Made by a program: the position numbers and the translations under genes. Under the pieces are notes generated by a model that was not told the origin of the DNA, did not search any database, and was given only the letters and a program-made list of their open reading frames with translations. Source: Schmidtea polychroa (Eukaryota). From it: a DNA stretch of 64,000 nucleotides. The first letter of the stretch is position 1. Each line of letters opens with the position of its first letter. Where the stretch lies: contig CM097885.1 in assembly GCA_044892525.1 (NCBI GenBank), positions 50,780,001-50,844,000 on the forward strand. The letters are read 5' to 3'. Of this stretch, positions 22,790-37,339 are shown in pieces.

Positions 22790-25518
22790 CACTAGTGCCT
22801 AGGACCTACGGACAATTAAGGGCCTACGAAAAAAAATTAAATTAAATTTTTTTATCATTTTTTATTGAGTGATTAAAAATAGAAAAATAAAGACAAAAAG
22901 CAGAATTCAAAATTCAAAATCAACCACTTTTATAATTAGAAACTGTTCTACTAAAGTTGTTTTACACAGCAGACTAAATTATAGACTAAATTTCTTTGCA
23001 TGAGCAAAATCACAAATAACATCTTCAAATAACATTTCCCGTATTAAATCGTTTTCAATTGAAAGAAGTGCAAGAGAAGACAATCGTTCTTGTCCCATCG
23101 TTGACCGCAAATAATTTTTGATAAGTTTCAGTTTTGAAAAAGATCGATCACTTTCACAGCTTGATCCAAAAATTGAAAGATAAATTCGAAAACCAATATT
23201 TACATTTGGAAAACTTGTGACCAACTTGTTTTGTATTTGGGCCTTCATCATTTCAGCAACAGATTTTGTGACAGCCAACATTCTGGAAAACAAAAGAGAC
23301 TCATCAGCAAATGTCTCTTCCAGATCTGATAAATATATCTTTATTAATTCGTTTGCTTTAGAAACTATTTCATCACTGATAAAGATCTGTCAATAAGAAA
23401 ACTGAACCTGTAATGTAATCTTGTTTAAGCTACTCACCGTTTTTCCATCTCAATGATAAGTCTGTCTATGATCACATAGAAGGACTGTATACGGAAATTG
23501 TCCCTAGCACTCAAATTTTAACTCATACCAATATGATTCTCATCCATCACGACATCGTAAAATTTTGTTTACACATGTTTGCGCTTTGTACATTCTTTGT
23601 AATCGGATTTTGTAAGATCTTTTCACATACTTTTAAACGCTTTGAATTTATTACGTGTTTCATGAAAGTGTTTTGTGAGACTGTCATACAATTGTATGAT
23701 AGTGCAGAACTCTGTGCCAGGCTGTTGCAAAGCTTTATTGGCTATATTAATTTGTTGACGTAAATATTTTCAAATCTCACACATTAGCGCAGTTTCATAA
23801 TGGTCTAAACTTTTTATTAACGATTTTGCTTCATGGACACCTGCTGGTGGTTGGCGTTCGCTTTCAGCAATATCAAACAATGCTAGGCGAATCTCCAAAT
23901 AGTTTGCATAAAAACTTTATTAGCATCACTGCGTGCTGACCATCTTGTTTTTGACAGACTTTGTAGAACAGAAGCGTAGTTAACTGCTGCTGAACAATAC
24001 TCCACCGCAGATGAACCAACCAAATTTAAGCAGTGAGCAAAACATGGTATCCATTCTGCAAAACTGTTGATCTCTCTAAATCTAGCTTGTACACCAGAAT
24101 AAATTCCACCCATGTTGCTGGCATTATCATATGATTGAGACCGGCAATTTGTAATATCGACGCCATGAAGATTAAGAGTATTCACTACATGATCAAATAA
24201 GTATTTTCTGTCGTGATGTTTAATTGGAATAAAGTGAAGAAATCTTTCCACAACATTTCCATTTGGGATGACGTAACGAATAACCAGTGTAAGTTGATCC
24301 ATGTGACCAATATCAGGAGTTGAATCTATGTTAATTCCAAAATACTTTGCATTCTTTATTTCAGAAATTATCAGCGTCAATACTTTGGAACTTAATATAT
24401 CAATAAACTCATCACATATAGTTGAAGACATATGATATATTTCCCTTTCCCGTGTTTCCATATTTTCGAATGTGTTCCATTAGAAATGGATCAAATTCAG
24501 CTAAAAGGTCAATGCAGCCAAGATAGTTTCCATTGTTATGAAAGTTATGCAATTCAGTCTTACCACGGAAAGTTAATACTCTTTCAGTAAAAAAATTTAT
24601 AACTGCAATTATTCTTATCAAAACTTCAGTCCAGTATTTAAACAATTTCTCTTTTTCTTCATGGAGCTCTGAATCAATTCTATTGGACTTCTGACGTTGC
24701 AACATCATTGATAGAGCAGTGATATAGTCTTTAGATTTCTCATGCAAACTAATCCTTGCAGCTGCATTTTTGCAATCATGAAAACCAGTTTTAAATTGAT
24801 TGCAAGATTCATCGACACCACCATATTTGCAATCAAATACCTTGTACACATAATAAAACACTTTACCTGTTGAAGGAGAATAAATAAGCCAATCTCTCTT
24901 GACAACTTCTTCATTTGTCAATTTTCTCAGAAAATATTCCTTGTGTGCATATCTTGCCTTGTCTCCAAATTGTCTACCCATTGAAAGAAAATCACTTTCT
25001 AAATTCTGTGAAGGGATATTTTCTGCAAAAAAGCCTATAAGATATGCATTTACTTCCCATTCAGCAGGGATCACTGACTCTGCATTCATTGCTTTGCTTC
25101 ATTTTTAAATCTTCGCTGCTTGCTAGTTCTGGATTTGGGTCATTAAATTGAAGCTGTATATCTTTAGGCTGGTTGATCTGTTCTGGGTGTTTATAAGTAA
25201 CATCTTTTTCACTTTGTTTGGCACTTACGTTTGGCACTTACGTTCGGCAATATTTCTGGTACTGCTGGGCTTATCATCATTATTTATATATTTCAGTATA
25301 TAGCCCTTCATCTTTTTAATGCTTCTTTTTTCTCTTGCTTTTACTTTTGTTTTTCAGATCCAGACTCGTGTTTTCTCTGGTATCTATCAAACATGATTTC
25401 AAAAATTAAAATAATTTGTAATTACCAATACTAATTAAATTTTAATCTATTTGAGGCTTACTACAAATGCAGATATGTAAAAGTTGCTAGGGCCTACATC
25501 GACCTTAAAACGCCCCTG
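22790..25518 (-). mobile_element. Decayed hAT transposon (ZMYM1-like/Tip100-type transposase, about 25394-22979)
   Basis: TTF-type finger region (RDWLIYSPSTGKVF), NGNYLGCIDLLAEFDPFL, YFGINIDSTPDIGHMDQL, SQSYDNASNMGG, IPCFAHCLNL, TRWS and hATC domain. Multiple frameshifts. Terminus CGCCCCTG at 25518 and GGGCCTAC subterminal motifs near both ends; left TIR not found. Confidence 0.88.
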
Positions 25519-26567
25519 GATCTCGATACATCCGTAGAAGAACTAGGCAACCAAACATAAGCCTGGACAACACTTCTACCAATCTAACCACTCCAGCTGG
25601 AAGCGAGAGTTATGTGACTATGGATCCGATATTAGTATACATCGACCTTGATGCTGACGACTACCTACTCTTATGAACTTCGTCTAATTTGCTCAATTGT
25701 GTTCGGAATTCATGAAATGAAACCTTCCAATTTACATAATATTTTCTTTTTATTTGTTTTTGATTCATTAATAAATGTGTTTATTATTAGTCTTTCGCGA
25801 GTGTATAGAAAATTTGAATAAAATAATTCTCACTAGTGCGTCTTCTGTGGATTTTTCATGAGACATATTCGAAAAGGGTGAAAAGAGAGTAGTGTAACGT
25901 AATTTTTTGTATCGGCAGTCGAGAAAAGTTAGGAAAATGTAGGTTCAGCAATCAATAGATATTGTATTCATTTGTTCTGCATTTTTCGACCATTGGTGCA
26001 TTATCAGCGTAATGACCAAGCTGCATGACATTGATTTGCGCAAGAAAATTACATTGTGAAATATTTTCACCATGGGTACCATATGGAAGTAAAATAGTCA
26101 TTTGGCATTGTGGGCCAATCGCCAAGCCGACGCAACTGCCTCTTGAAAAATGTGACTATGTCAATTCCATAGTGACAACACTTCGAAGGAAAATAAGATA
26201 AATTTAAGATAAAATTAAGATAAATGTTATCAAAAGTAAATGTGACATATTTTATAAGAGTTGTAATGCTGATTGCATCTAAATATGGTAAAATTTATTA
26301 CATCAAAATTTACGATTTTAGAATTTCTCATAAATTAGTATGACCTTTGCATTTAATATTGTTAATAATTTCATTTAATAATATTTTTTTCACTTAATGG
26401 TTTTCTTCATTACACAAATTTCCGGGAATATTTTTTTATTGTTGTCAAAATCTTCAAAAGGGAAATGAAATTGATCTATAGTTGAAATTTAAATAAAAAT
26501 AAATGAAAATTCTAAATAAAAAACAAAAATCAAAAATAAATCAAAAAAGTGAATAGTTTTGATTTAA

Positions 26568-26863
26568 CCACTTGCGCTATGATTTAATTTTCGGTAGCTG
26601 AGCCGCGCTCTACTATATAAAGTATCGTAAGGCATCGACGCCTCACCGCGTCAGCGAGCTCAGAGGTTTGACCAGTGCTTAGCGCGAGGGTAGGGTCTTA
26701 CATAAAAGATTTACACGAATATAAATAATTATTCACAACAACAACGTTGCAAACACGTCGTTTTTGTTTTTGCGACAAATACTATCGACGTGGTATACAC
26801 GTCACTTGCAGTTCTGAAAAAAATCATCAAGACGTGCCTGGCACGTCAATATAGCGCAAGTGG
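26568..26863. mobile_element. piggyBac-type MITE (296 bp) with GC-rich core
   Basis: TTAA|CCACTTGCGCTAT ... ATAGCGCAAGTGG|TTAA: perfect 13-bp TIR. Subterminal palindrome GACGTGCC-T-GGCACGTC. Confidence 0.85.
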
Positions 26864-27822
26864 TTAAATAACCCACCAGTTAGTTGAATGACAATAAAGT
26901 TTGAGTGGACTCTGAAGTCTAAAGATATTAACATTCTAGAAAACACTAACTCATTCAAGCTTGGAATATACAAATATAAACTTTGCCCTTTTCCATCTAC
27001 GTCCACAAGACCTAGATATAATTGTGACATTTGAAACATTGCAAAACCGTAACTCCACTACATTTTGGACAAAAAAAATGATGAAAAACTAACAGTAAAT
27101 GATGCGTGGAAATTTTCAATTATGAACTATATAAAACAAGCTCAATTAGTGTTGTCTGAATTGAGATCATAAACTTAGTAAGCAGTTTGAAAAGACGGTG
27201 TTTTACATTTGCATAAAAATCATTGGACCAGAATCGGACCTGTGGCTTTTTTATCATTTTTTTTCGAATGACCCGATCCATCTATCTTCCTACCTTCTTT
27301 TATAATTTTTTTGTTTCTGATCTTTTAGAATAATATAAACATGACATAAATTTAAGTAAAACGTAGAAATAATTTGAAAGTAAGGTAAACTTTATTGTAT
27401 AAAACTTTATCTTCAAATTATTATTACATAATAAATTAAAAGGACTCACCAATTTAGGAGTGTAAAATATTTCGGTAAAATACACAAAAGTTCCAACAGG
27501 CATTAACAAAATTTGAGTAGCTTTCGGAGAGTTAAGAACTGCTTTTTCAGCGTCTTTATACTCGTTATTAGAGATTTCATGTTTGCATGCGTCGGTTTTT
27601 CTATCCATTTGTCGATTTCCAACATTCATTTCTCAGTAAGTCATCGGGCTTGCATCTATGTATGTTTTTCGATGAATTTCTAAAATCTACAGTTCTAGTC
27701 CAACAAAAGTATTTTGTGATTAATTTACAGTAATTTAGGTTAGTAATAATTAATTTTAATCACTCGAACATTGGTGTTATGAAAAATCATTTGATGCCAA
27801 AATCACTGAACAATCTCAACAA

Positions 27823-29583
27823 GAGTAGCGTATCGATATGAGACTAATGGACAGCCTCTTCGTGCGCTGGATTGTTAGATTATATATTAAACTCGTCTTT
27901 GTTTATACTTGAAAAGTATACTTATTTAAATTTACAAAGTGCATTAAAATGATGTTATCATGAAATAAGTCTAAAACGATTATTTTAATTTCTGTTATGC
28001 TATTGTGTATTTCAAGTAAGAAAAAGGTAGGTTACTAAGGTGTTACTATGTTATTAAATTAATAAGTTTTTTATTAGGTATAAATTACAATAGATATTGA
28101 AAGTATTACATGTATATGAGCTTTGAATAGACAATATAAAATAATTAAGATTGAAAATCAAAGATTATATTTTTTCCATTGTCAATATGCCAGGAGATAA
28201 ATGGAGTGGGGCGAAAAAGGCGAAAAAGGAACAGAGAAGTCAAGCCATTTAATGAACATCTTTTTAAAAGAAGCTAAGTCTGAAAAGGAACAAATTCAAA
28301 AAGAGAGTCTAGATTCAGAAGAATGAGGCACTCAGCCAGGGTCGAATTATGTTCAAGGAAATGAAGATATTGAAGTTGAACTTGATCAAGCAGAAAAAGA
28401 AGAGGAGTAGTTGGAAGAAATTTTGCAATAACTTTGATAATAACTCTGAGTCGATCAAAAGTATTGATGATGCATATACAGATAAAGATAATAAAGAAAT
28501 AAATGATGAAGTCGCAGAATAAATGACAGGCATAGATAATGATGCTGACGTGTTTCAAATTATTCTAGCCTTACATATTTTTCACGATGTTGGATACTTA
28601 GAATTTAAAAGTTTCAAAGTTATCAATAGTATCACAGCAGCGGAGCACATATATGATCACTCGTGGACCACATATATTTCAGAACAAAGATGTTCAATTT
28701 GCTGCATCTGGTAGACATTCGATAACCCACCAATGGCTCAAGCGTTGACTTCTTAATGGGATAAGATTTATCGGTCATGGTTACTAATTTCACCAGTGAA
28801 TGAATCCGCTTACTGCTTTAACTGCCTGCTTTAACTCGTCATTGTTTATACTTGAAAAGTATACTTATTTAAACTGCTATTCACCTTGACTTCTAATTGT
28901 CAATCTTCTTTTGAATCAGTGAGTGAATTAAATAACTTTAGACACACAGAAAGAGTGATCACTTTCTTGGAAAAATTGAATGTATTCAGAAACGGCTACA
29001 GGATCTTACCATGAACTTCAAGAATGTACCATTAAATATTAAATCTCTGGAAAATAAATTTAAGAAAAATTGCGAAGACTTATGCAGAGATGCTATTGAG
29101 ACTGCCAAGATAAAACGTGTAGAATGGGAATTGAAGAAGGTAAAGAATGTCTGGAGAATCGGCACGAGACTCGGGTCTTTCAGCAGATGAAGAGGTTGTG
29201 TGCGTCATGAAATCTGTTTTAGATCGTTTTCAACAATAAACAACAACCCGATTCACTAGGTTGAAGGATCTGAATTCAAAGTTTGAATTTCTGCTCGACG
29301 TACAAATCTTTCTTAAGAGTGAAAAAAGGTTTTGTAAAACGCAACTTTTAATATATATTTCTTGGAGGTAATTTTTCTAAATAATATTTTTTTGTAGGGA
29401 ATGTTGCTAGGCTATACTTTCATTATCGCAATTAAATTGGAATAGTTTAATAATTATATTATGACTGATAATGATTATGTTTCGTTTCCAAACGAGATAT
29501 ATAATTGCGCGATAGGGGGCAGCCGGGAGAGCGCGAATTTAGGTGTTTTGCCATGGGCGCAAAATTTCCTTGCTACGCTACTG
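27823..29583 (+). mobile_element. Internally deleted hAT element
   Basis: Ends GAGTAGCGTA.. / ..TACGCTACTG with near-identical 8-bp flanks CTCAACAA / CCCAACAA. Internal transposase remnants, e.g. RSWLLISPVNESAYCFNCLL (TTF finger). Confidence 0.7.
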
Positions 29584-30288
29584 CCCAACAATTATATAGA
29601 CAATACTGACACTTATAATTATATGGTAGGTCTTTCTGTTTAAGTTTTCAATAAAGTTACTTCCAACACTATTTGAAGCTGGCCTATTTTATTGTCTATT
29701 TAAAATTGGCTCATCAAAAAATGTGATATCATTTTTTTCTTAGGAAAGAAGGGGTTGATAATCGCAGTGGGGCATTAACAATTTAATATAATTTATTAAT
29801 CTTAATTAAGGCTTTTGTTATTTATTTTATTTCAATTTATTAGTTTTAGCAGATATTTAATGGATGATAATCCAAAAGGAAAGTGAGCGGAAATTAAAAC
29901 AGTTTTCCTGTAGTTGAATAATTTTAACAGTTTCATTAACACCTTCAAAAAAGACATTCTAAGCGCTATTTTGGAGGGCACAATCATTATTTCTCACAAA
30001 TGAAGTTTTGCTGACTGCTTTCTAATTCCTGTATAAAATAAATATATGTGCATTTTGTTAATACTTTTTTTTTCCTTCGTAGGATGAAACTGCGGAAAAT
30101 AGCAGTCGGCAGATAATATATATAAAAAGTAAAATAATGATAAGGAGATTCCATACTTTATTCCAGGAAATGCATTTAAAAATTGGTTTAATTATCACGA
30201 GTACGGATGTTTTTTATCTTTTGTCAGGTTAAACAAGAATTTAATGAAGAATTTATTAAAACAAAAAATTATAGGGATATTTACAAAT

Positions 30289-31169
30289 TGTCGATGAGAA
30301 TTCTGTTTCAATCTGACTCCACGTGTTTAATCAAAATCAATAACTGAATCCCAACAAAATAAATTTTATTCAAACAAAAATTGAATATACTTTGATAGTT
30401 CAACTAATAATAATCACAGAGTAGATACACAGTGGATATCACCCTCAATACCAAATACAAATCTGGTTTGGCTAACTTTATTGAAATAACTGCATTCAAT
30501 TTTGTTCCAGTTTTCTTGTTGCTTGCTCAGTAAAATATTTTTAATTTAATTTTTGTCGCAACGACCAACTGGCAAATTTTAATTTTATCACTTCTTATTA
30601 TAAGGATTTCTCTCCATCCATCATTTTCCTTATTGAATGTTGTCCTCGCGTTTATCGAGATAACTATATGAACGTTGGAGTAACTTTTTCCATTTTGATT
30701 TAATATCCATTCGAGCTGACAGCCCCCGAGATTCTACAGTGATTTGTGGGTGTCTTTTTAGTTAATTAATTAATTAATTTGTTTTTTTAATTTTAGACTC
30801 TTCTATGGACCTCTAATCATTTTAATATTATTTATTTCATGTTCAGATTCCAATTTGTAACTGGTTACTACTTTTTCCCAAAAAAATATTGATTTTTACT
30901 TTTTTGAATTTTTAATTCTTTTTTAGCAATTTTAATTTATATATTTTGTATATTTCCAATAAAATTAATTCACTATTTCATTTAAACCACAAAGTTATTT
31001 GACCATTTAAAACTACAACTTCAATGAAACAAAATAAATAATTACTTAATAACCTTTTACTTTATTTAAAAAATAACTTAAAGCAGAAATATTTATTTAC
31101 AAATTTATTAATTAATTAATTTTCTATTTCATTTAAACAAAAAATACTAATGCTTAAATACCAGTAACA
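30289..31169 (-). mobile_element. Possible older solo LTR-like element
   Basis: Shares CTGACTCC and AATCCCAAC..TTTATT motifs at similar spacing to the other solo LTRs. No TSD recognised; boundaries approximate. Confidence 0.35.
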
Positions 31170-34100
31170 TTTTTATGTTAGAAGGGTTGCCAGCAATAAG
31201 CTGATGTTTACTCGAAGGAAAGTATTTTTGATATTGAATAAAGTTTTGGAATAAAAAAATTACCAAAGATTAATCAATCATAACATAAAATGTTTACGAT
31301 GCCTTTGAAAATGAGTAGACTATTAAAAGGATGACATTTTATGATCGGTTAAATAAAAAAACCGATATGAAATAATGAAGAGTTTGTCGGCGGATATTAG
31401 GCTCAATTGGCCAGGGTCGGATTGATAAGATAACAATGATGATATTCTACATGTCTTTTTTTCTCCATCAAATTTGTTTGTGACTTCATTCAATTGTGAA
31501 TTTCACATACCAAAATCAAGTAGAAACAATTCATATGAAATGAAAGGAGAAATGAAAGACATGGAAACATTCTCGGTCGTAAGGCTTTTTTATCTGTCCA
31601 GAGACACTAATAAGAGACACCCAGAATTTTTCTGATATTGTAATGGACAACAGATTTGGTAGTAAATTATTTAAATATCTGTGGGATGCTATGTATTTTG
31701 TAAAGAATTCATTATAAATAAAGCAAGATAATAATTTAATTGTGCTCTGAAACATCTGGTGAGTAATTGAATATTTTTTTAATAATTATAATTTGTTCAA
31801 AGCTAAAACAAAAAATTTAACAATTTTCGAACATCAAAGCCAGCTTCTCAAACCGGTTAAAACAAGCTATTTTAATTTAAATTCCATTTACTATATAAAA
31901 TGTTATGATAAATATCATAAAATATATTCATTAAATATTTCTAATAATTTTATTCCAATAATTTCTAAATAAAAAGTTACAAATGTTTCAACAAAATAAA
32001 ATCATTAAAAGTCCCCAATTAAAACAAATTAATAATAAATAATCAAATATAAATAAATAGCCCCAGAACAATGAAATATCGAAATATTTCACAAATTTTT
32101 CTGGTTAATTGATTATTATCGCGATTACTTATTAATAAAAATATAAAATTCAAAAAAAATAAAATTTGATAATTTCCAAAAAATATATTTTCCAAATAAA
32201 ATGTGTTATAAATTGTTATAATAGTCAGTCATTGAAAATAGTAACAAAATAAAGGAAAGATATTTCACAATTATCTGGTTGCACAATTAATACAAATCAA
32301 TAATTCACAACACTGACCAATAATTCATGTATAATTCATAGATTTAAACAATTGCATTTCATCTAAACAATCGTCGAAACAGCGGAAAATTGTTTCATCA
32401 ATTGTTAAAATCAAAAAGCATTTAGAGAAATTTCCCACCGCTTCAAACATCGAATTGGCGCCAAACTACATCCTAGCAAGGTAACATTTTCTCATCAATT
32501 AATTTTTTCACATGGATTCACTTAACATATATTGAAACTAACTTAAACAAATGGCGTCACCGCCGTTCACCCCAACAGTCTTCAGCTAAACAATTGTTCT
32601 TCTATATTAGAATTCTGTGTCTATTTTAGTGGCAAACCGTTAAACGTCATTTAGCCATGCATATCAATAGATTAGTATCTTATAAACTCTACCAATCACC
32701 CAATTGAGTGAGCACTCTCCCGTGTCGATTGCTGGTAAGTTGGTAAATGGAGCTGCTCTATGTAGTGTCTATTACTTGTGGAGACAGAGACCGTGAGAAC
32801 TGTCATTATCAATGCCTTCATCATTGTGGCAGCAAATTTTCTACATTGTTTACCAGGGCCAATCACTAACCGCTTGATATTTTTATTAGATATTCATTCA
32901 ATTTTGACTTTGTTGCTTGAGAAATATGTCATCATTTTTGTCTAAGAAACTTTCATTGAAATGTAATCAATTACAAATTAAATTTTAATATTTTTAATTA
33001 TATAAAAATAAATTTCATTTTTGTAAATTTTATTATAAATTTAATTTTTAATTTTGTTTTAATTTAGTTTTTTTTTTAATTTATTATAAATTTAATTTTT
33101 AATTTGGTTTTAAATGTTATGTATCTATTTAGTATTTAAAGAAATATTTTTTTAATTTTCATTCTTTATTTTCAATTGGTATTTTATAAAAATATTACTA
33201 AAATGTGCATTTCTTATTTTGTGTTATGATATTGTCAGTGTTAAGCGTTAATAATTGTTAAAAAATATTTTTATTCTATCTATTCTATTGGATCTGTAGT
33301 ACTTAACCTTGGGGTGAGAGAGGTTTCTAAATTTTATTGTCCTCATCATTTTCTGTTTTTTCTCTTTATTTTCTCGACAACTCATAATTTTTTATAAATT
33401 GAGTTCAGCGGTGTATTTGGCATTGAATTCTTAATTTTAATCTGCCAATTTGTCCCCAAATAATACAATTTTTAAAAGTTTTTATTCCATGAACTATTTT
33501 TACGTCTCGAAAGTTTAACCCTCAAAGGCATACATAAAAAATTCACTTAAAAAAGATGCATGTGTACTTTTGTACATGTCTTTCACGGTCATTTGAAAGA
33601 CTTGAATTTATCACTGTAGTCTCACTTACATAACACATTTTAATGGGTTTCAGTTTTGCGAGACCACGTGTAACTAGAAAATATTAATAGCATTTGCAAC
33701 GGCCATAGAAAACAATATTTACCTTAGCAACGAGGTAGTGATTATACCAGTTTTTCGTACGTCAGTGTAATTAGTACGTACTATTATATTTACAATCAGA
33801 ATGCACACATATGAATATAGTGAATGTGGAATTTAAAGAGCATGATCATTGCAGCATGTTTTGTTAATTCAATGCCGATGCTTATGACAAATCGGTCTGG
33901 AACACTCGTCACAAAAGATCAACACTATTTCTTACATTCTTTGCAGCGCCTGGGTCTAAGAACATACGAGTGCTGGATGCTGCTGTTATTTGATTCTAAA
34001 ATTCCCATCCTTCTGGCAATGAATGATGATAATTTTTCGATGCTCATCATCATTTTCTTTGTAAATTGTTCTGCAACCTAAAGTGATGGATTTTGAATAA

Positions 34101-35753
34101 TTGTATATCTTTCATGCACGTAGCCTTCCTTTTTCGTGACAATAAAAGTGCTGTATACAGAAACATCCAAAACATTATAATTGATAAGCAGTGGTCAACA
34201 ATTGGTTTTTCTTCTCCATCTGTATTCTTCAATGCAGGCGTCCAACCTATCCACATCACGTTTTTCAACATTGTAATCCAATATTAGTTGTGGTACATCT
34301 GATTTTCCCCGTATTGAGGTGCTTAACATGAACACATTTCAAATTTTTCTATGCACGAATGAGCAAACGACAATTTTATTGGTATGGTCATAATAAAAAC
34401 TTAGTAGATCCAACAGACTCATTATTCTTGATGAGAGCAGGCATTTTTTATAATTAGAATGCACTGTGCCCAGAAGAGTTAAATTTTTCTCCAGCAGTTC
34501 CTTTGCCAAATCATGACCTGTGAAATATCTGTCTGTAATGATTTCTCGTTCAGAACCAAAATACGGATGCTCCAGACGAAGAACAATTTGTTAAGATGAA
34601 TTTTATTGACGTCCTTAATTTGTTTTGCCTGAGTAAATATTAAGGTATAATATAATAAGGTAATATTAAGAAGGTAATAAGGTAAATATTAAGAAGATGC
34701 TTCACATAGCCAGAATATTTTAGCTCCATATTTTTTCGGCTTTTGTGACATATAAATGCGGCCGGGAGTCTTTTCATGATACCCCACAAGCTGTTCATCG
34801 ATAGTCAAATATCCGTCTGGAATGTAGACTCGCCTAAAATTCGTTTCAAACAATGTTATTAATTTTCGCCCAGTAGCCAAATTAACATCTTTTTTACGTT
34901 CATCTCGCGTTCGGAAGTTATAAAATCGCATTAACCTCAGAAAAAACTTGAATCTATTCAAAGACATGATTACTCCAATATGATGTCACAATATGTTGTT
35001 ACAATCCAAAATTGCATGAATAATTAGCAGCTCAAAATTCGTCATAATGAACCCTTTTATACAAATACGCGTTCTTTCTTCCATTGTCTACATTTTTCTT
35101 ATTTCCTTAACTTTTCCTTTTGTGTGGCGCAATGTCGTTCGAAAGATTTCTTAAGAATAGAACAATTTGAAAGCTTCCAATTAATTTCTATTATTAACCA
35201 ATACTCGTGACCTGTCGAGAAGAATGTTTCGATTTCTTAGAATATATATAAATGGAACACTTTAGAACACTACTCAACTTATTCTTTCCATCTCTGCAGT
35301 TTATTCGGCTCACTTTTCGATGACGAGCTCCTTTCAACAAATATTTCAATATCTCCTTCATCATCTATTGGATTTTCATTCTCATTATCTTCAAAGCGAT
35401 TGTCTTTCTCTTCATTTGCATTACATAGGGATTTGTTTTCGGCATCCAATACGTCATTCTTTTCATCATCTGAGCCCCGCAGGTTTCTACAGGGTTGCAT
35501 AAATTTCAACCTTCGTGGGCGATTTATTTTTCCTGAAAAGAGAGAAAAATAATACTAAATTTTGTGAATTATATGGAAAATAAAACAAAATGTTGAAAAC
35601 TAATGTTTCTCTCAAATCCAACAATGTCATAAATAGTTTCGAAATTATTTCATACTTTACACAAGCTACCTTGTTATTACTTATTTATTATTTCAGTAAG
35701 TGAAATAGTGAAAATGTGTAAATGCATTTTTACAATAATATGGTAGAATCTAC

Positions 35754-36757
35754 TGTTGGGTGATAATTTTAAATGTCACTCTGACTCCAAGCGTGTCTTT
35801 ATACGATTCACAAATAACACTTGACAACAGAAATCTTTATTGCTAATCACAAATAATCTTTCTCTTTACACTGCCAATAAATTCAACACTCTGCTTGGTG
35901 ACTATACAATGCTTATTACAACACACGGTGAGGAATAGCACTTATGTATAACACCGGATTAAAAGATCACAAATTACTGATTGGTTTCTAAACTGGGATT
36001 TTGAGCTGGTTGTTTTCTTTGACTTTCTTCACAACTTTATTCAAATAATCAAATAACTTCTTTTCGTTTTATTTTTCAACTAATTCTTTTCTTCAACTCT
36101 TCTCCAATAATTATTCTCCACAATTATTTCCTTTACAATTATTTTGACAACCGTTTGTCCAACAACGTTTCTTCCAACGTCTAATTTTCTCCAATAATTT
36201 TATCTCTCAAATCGTCTCTCAAATCGTCTCTCAAATCGACTCTCAAATCGTCTCTCAAATCGTCTTCCAAATTGTTTTCAATTTCGCGTCACTTTGTCTC
36301 TAATTTTCTTCTCTCATTTCATGTCCACTAGTTTTCCCTTGTGGCACTCAGGATAATCAAGTATTTTTCAATTTTCCTTGTCCTGCTTTTCCCGACTGTC
36401 CCATTTTTATCTCTGATAGCTGTCAAGTTATTTTCCCTTTGTCCCTTTTTTTGTTTGACCGCCTTTTACCATCAATTCTATTATCACTGGCAAGCTGTCG
36501 AGATAAGGATATTGTTGTTTTCCTTTTTCCCCGATTTCAAAATTCCTTTTCCTTTTTGTACTAATTAATTAGTACTGACCTTGGTTTTTATTTTTCTGTT
36601 TGATTCCTTTTATTTCCTTTCTCTTTCTCATTTTTAATTTCTTTTCACTTCCGTTTTCTTTTCTGAGTTTCTACAGATCGTCCCGTTTGTCATGGCGATC
36701 TTCCCCCAGTTAATTTTATTTATTTATTTATAAATTGTTATTTAGGTATCCTCAACA
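35754..36757 (-). mobile_element. Solo LTR-like element (1004 bp) inserted in piggyBac
   Basis: CTAC|TGTTGGGT ... TCCTCAACA|CTAC: 4-bp TSD. Contains a 12-bp tandem repeat (TCTCTCAAATCG) at about 36203-36262. Confidence 0.8.
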
Positions 36758-37111
36758 CTACTAACCTTAGTGTTACTTAACGGCAGTCTTTGAAAAAGAA
36801 ATTACTTTCGGCATGTGTCACACAATCAAACAAAGTAGCGCGTCATTTTTACAAACGTTAGCAACTTACTTGATTACTTATTTACTTACTTAATTTTTAC
36901 ATTATCTTGAGTGTTTTTATTCAGATTGTTATGCAGCCTTCAACAGAGAAATAGGTATATAGAATGGCTAAGCATCTCAATTATTCTTTCTTCCATGTTT
37001 CAAGCAACATTTCTTCCATGCTTTGATCATTGATAGATTTTCAGTCAACACATTTTCTAGAATACTACAAATACAAATTCCAAAGTTTTACGAAAATTAC
37101 AAGGACATTAA

Positions 37112-37339
37112 CCCCTTAACGCACATGCCCGAGAGTAACTCGGGTAAGTGTTACTGGCAAATTTGTGCATGCCCGAGAGAGACTCGGGTATACTAAATAT
37201 AAAGTTTTGTTTAAGATTCACTAACGGTTATATCTCGGCCACAGTGTAATAAATTTATGAAAAATAATATATATTAATTATAAATAATAAAAAAAAGATT
37301 TATTTTTGCCGTTGTATAAAAAAAACGTGCGTTAAGGGG
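37112..37339. mobile_element. piggyBac-type MITE (228 bp) nested in the larger piggyBac
   Basis: TTAA|CCCCTTAACGCAC ... GTGCGTTAAGGGG|TTAA. Two internal copies of CATGCCCGAGAG..ACTCGGGTA. Confidence 0.88.

Noticed and set aside
26620..26705. Hammerhead ribozyme in the MITE core
   Set aside because: The minus strand has CTGACGC rather than CUGANGA, and there is no GAAA core.
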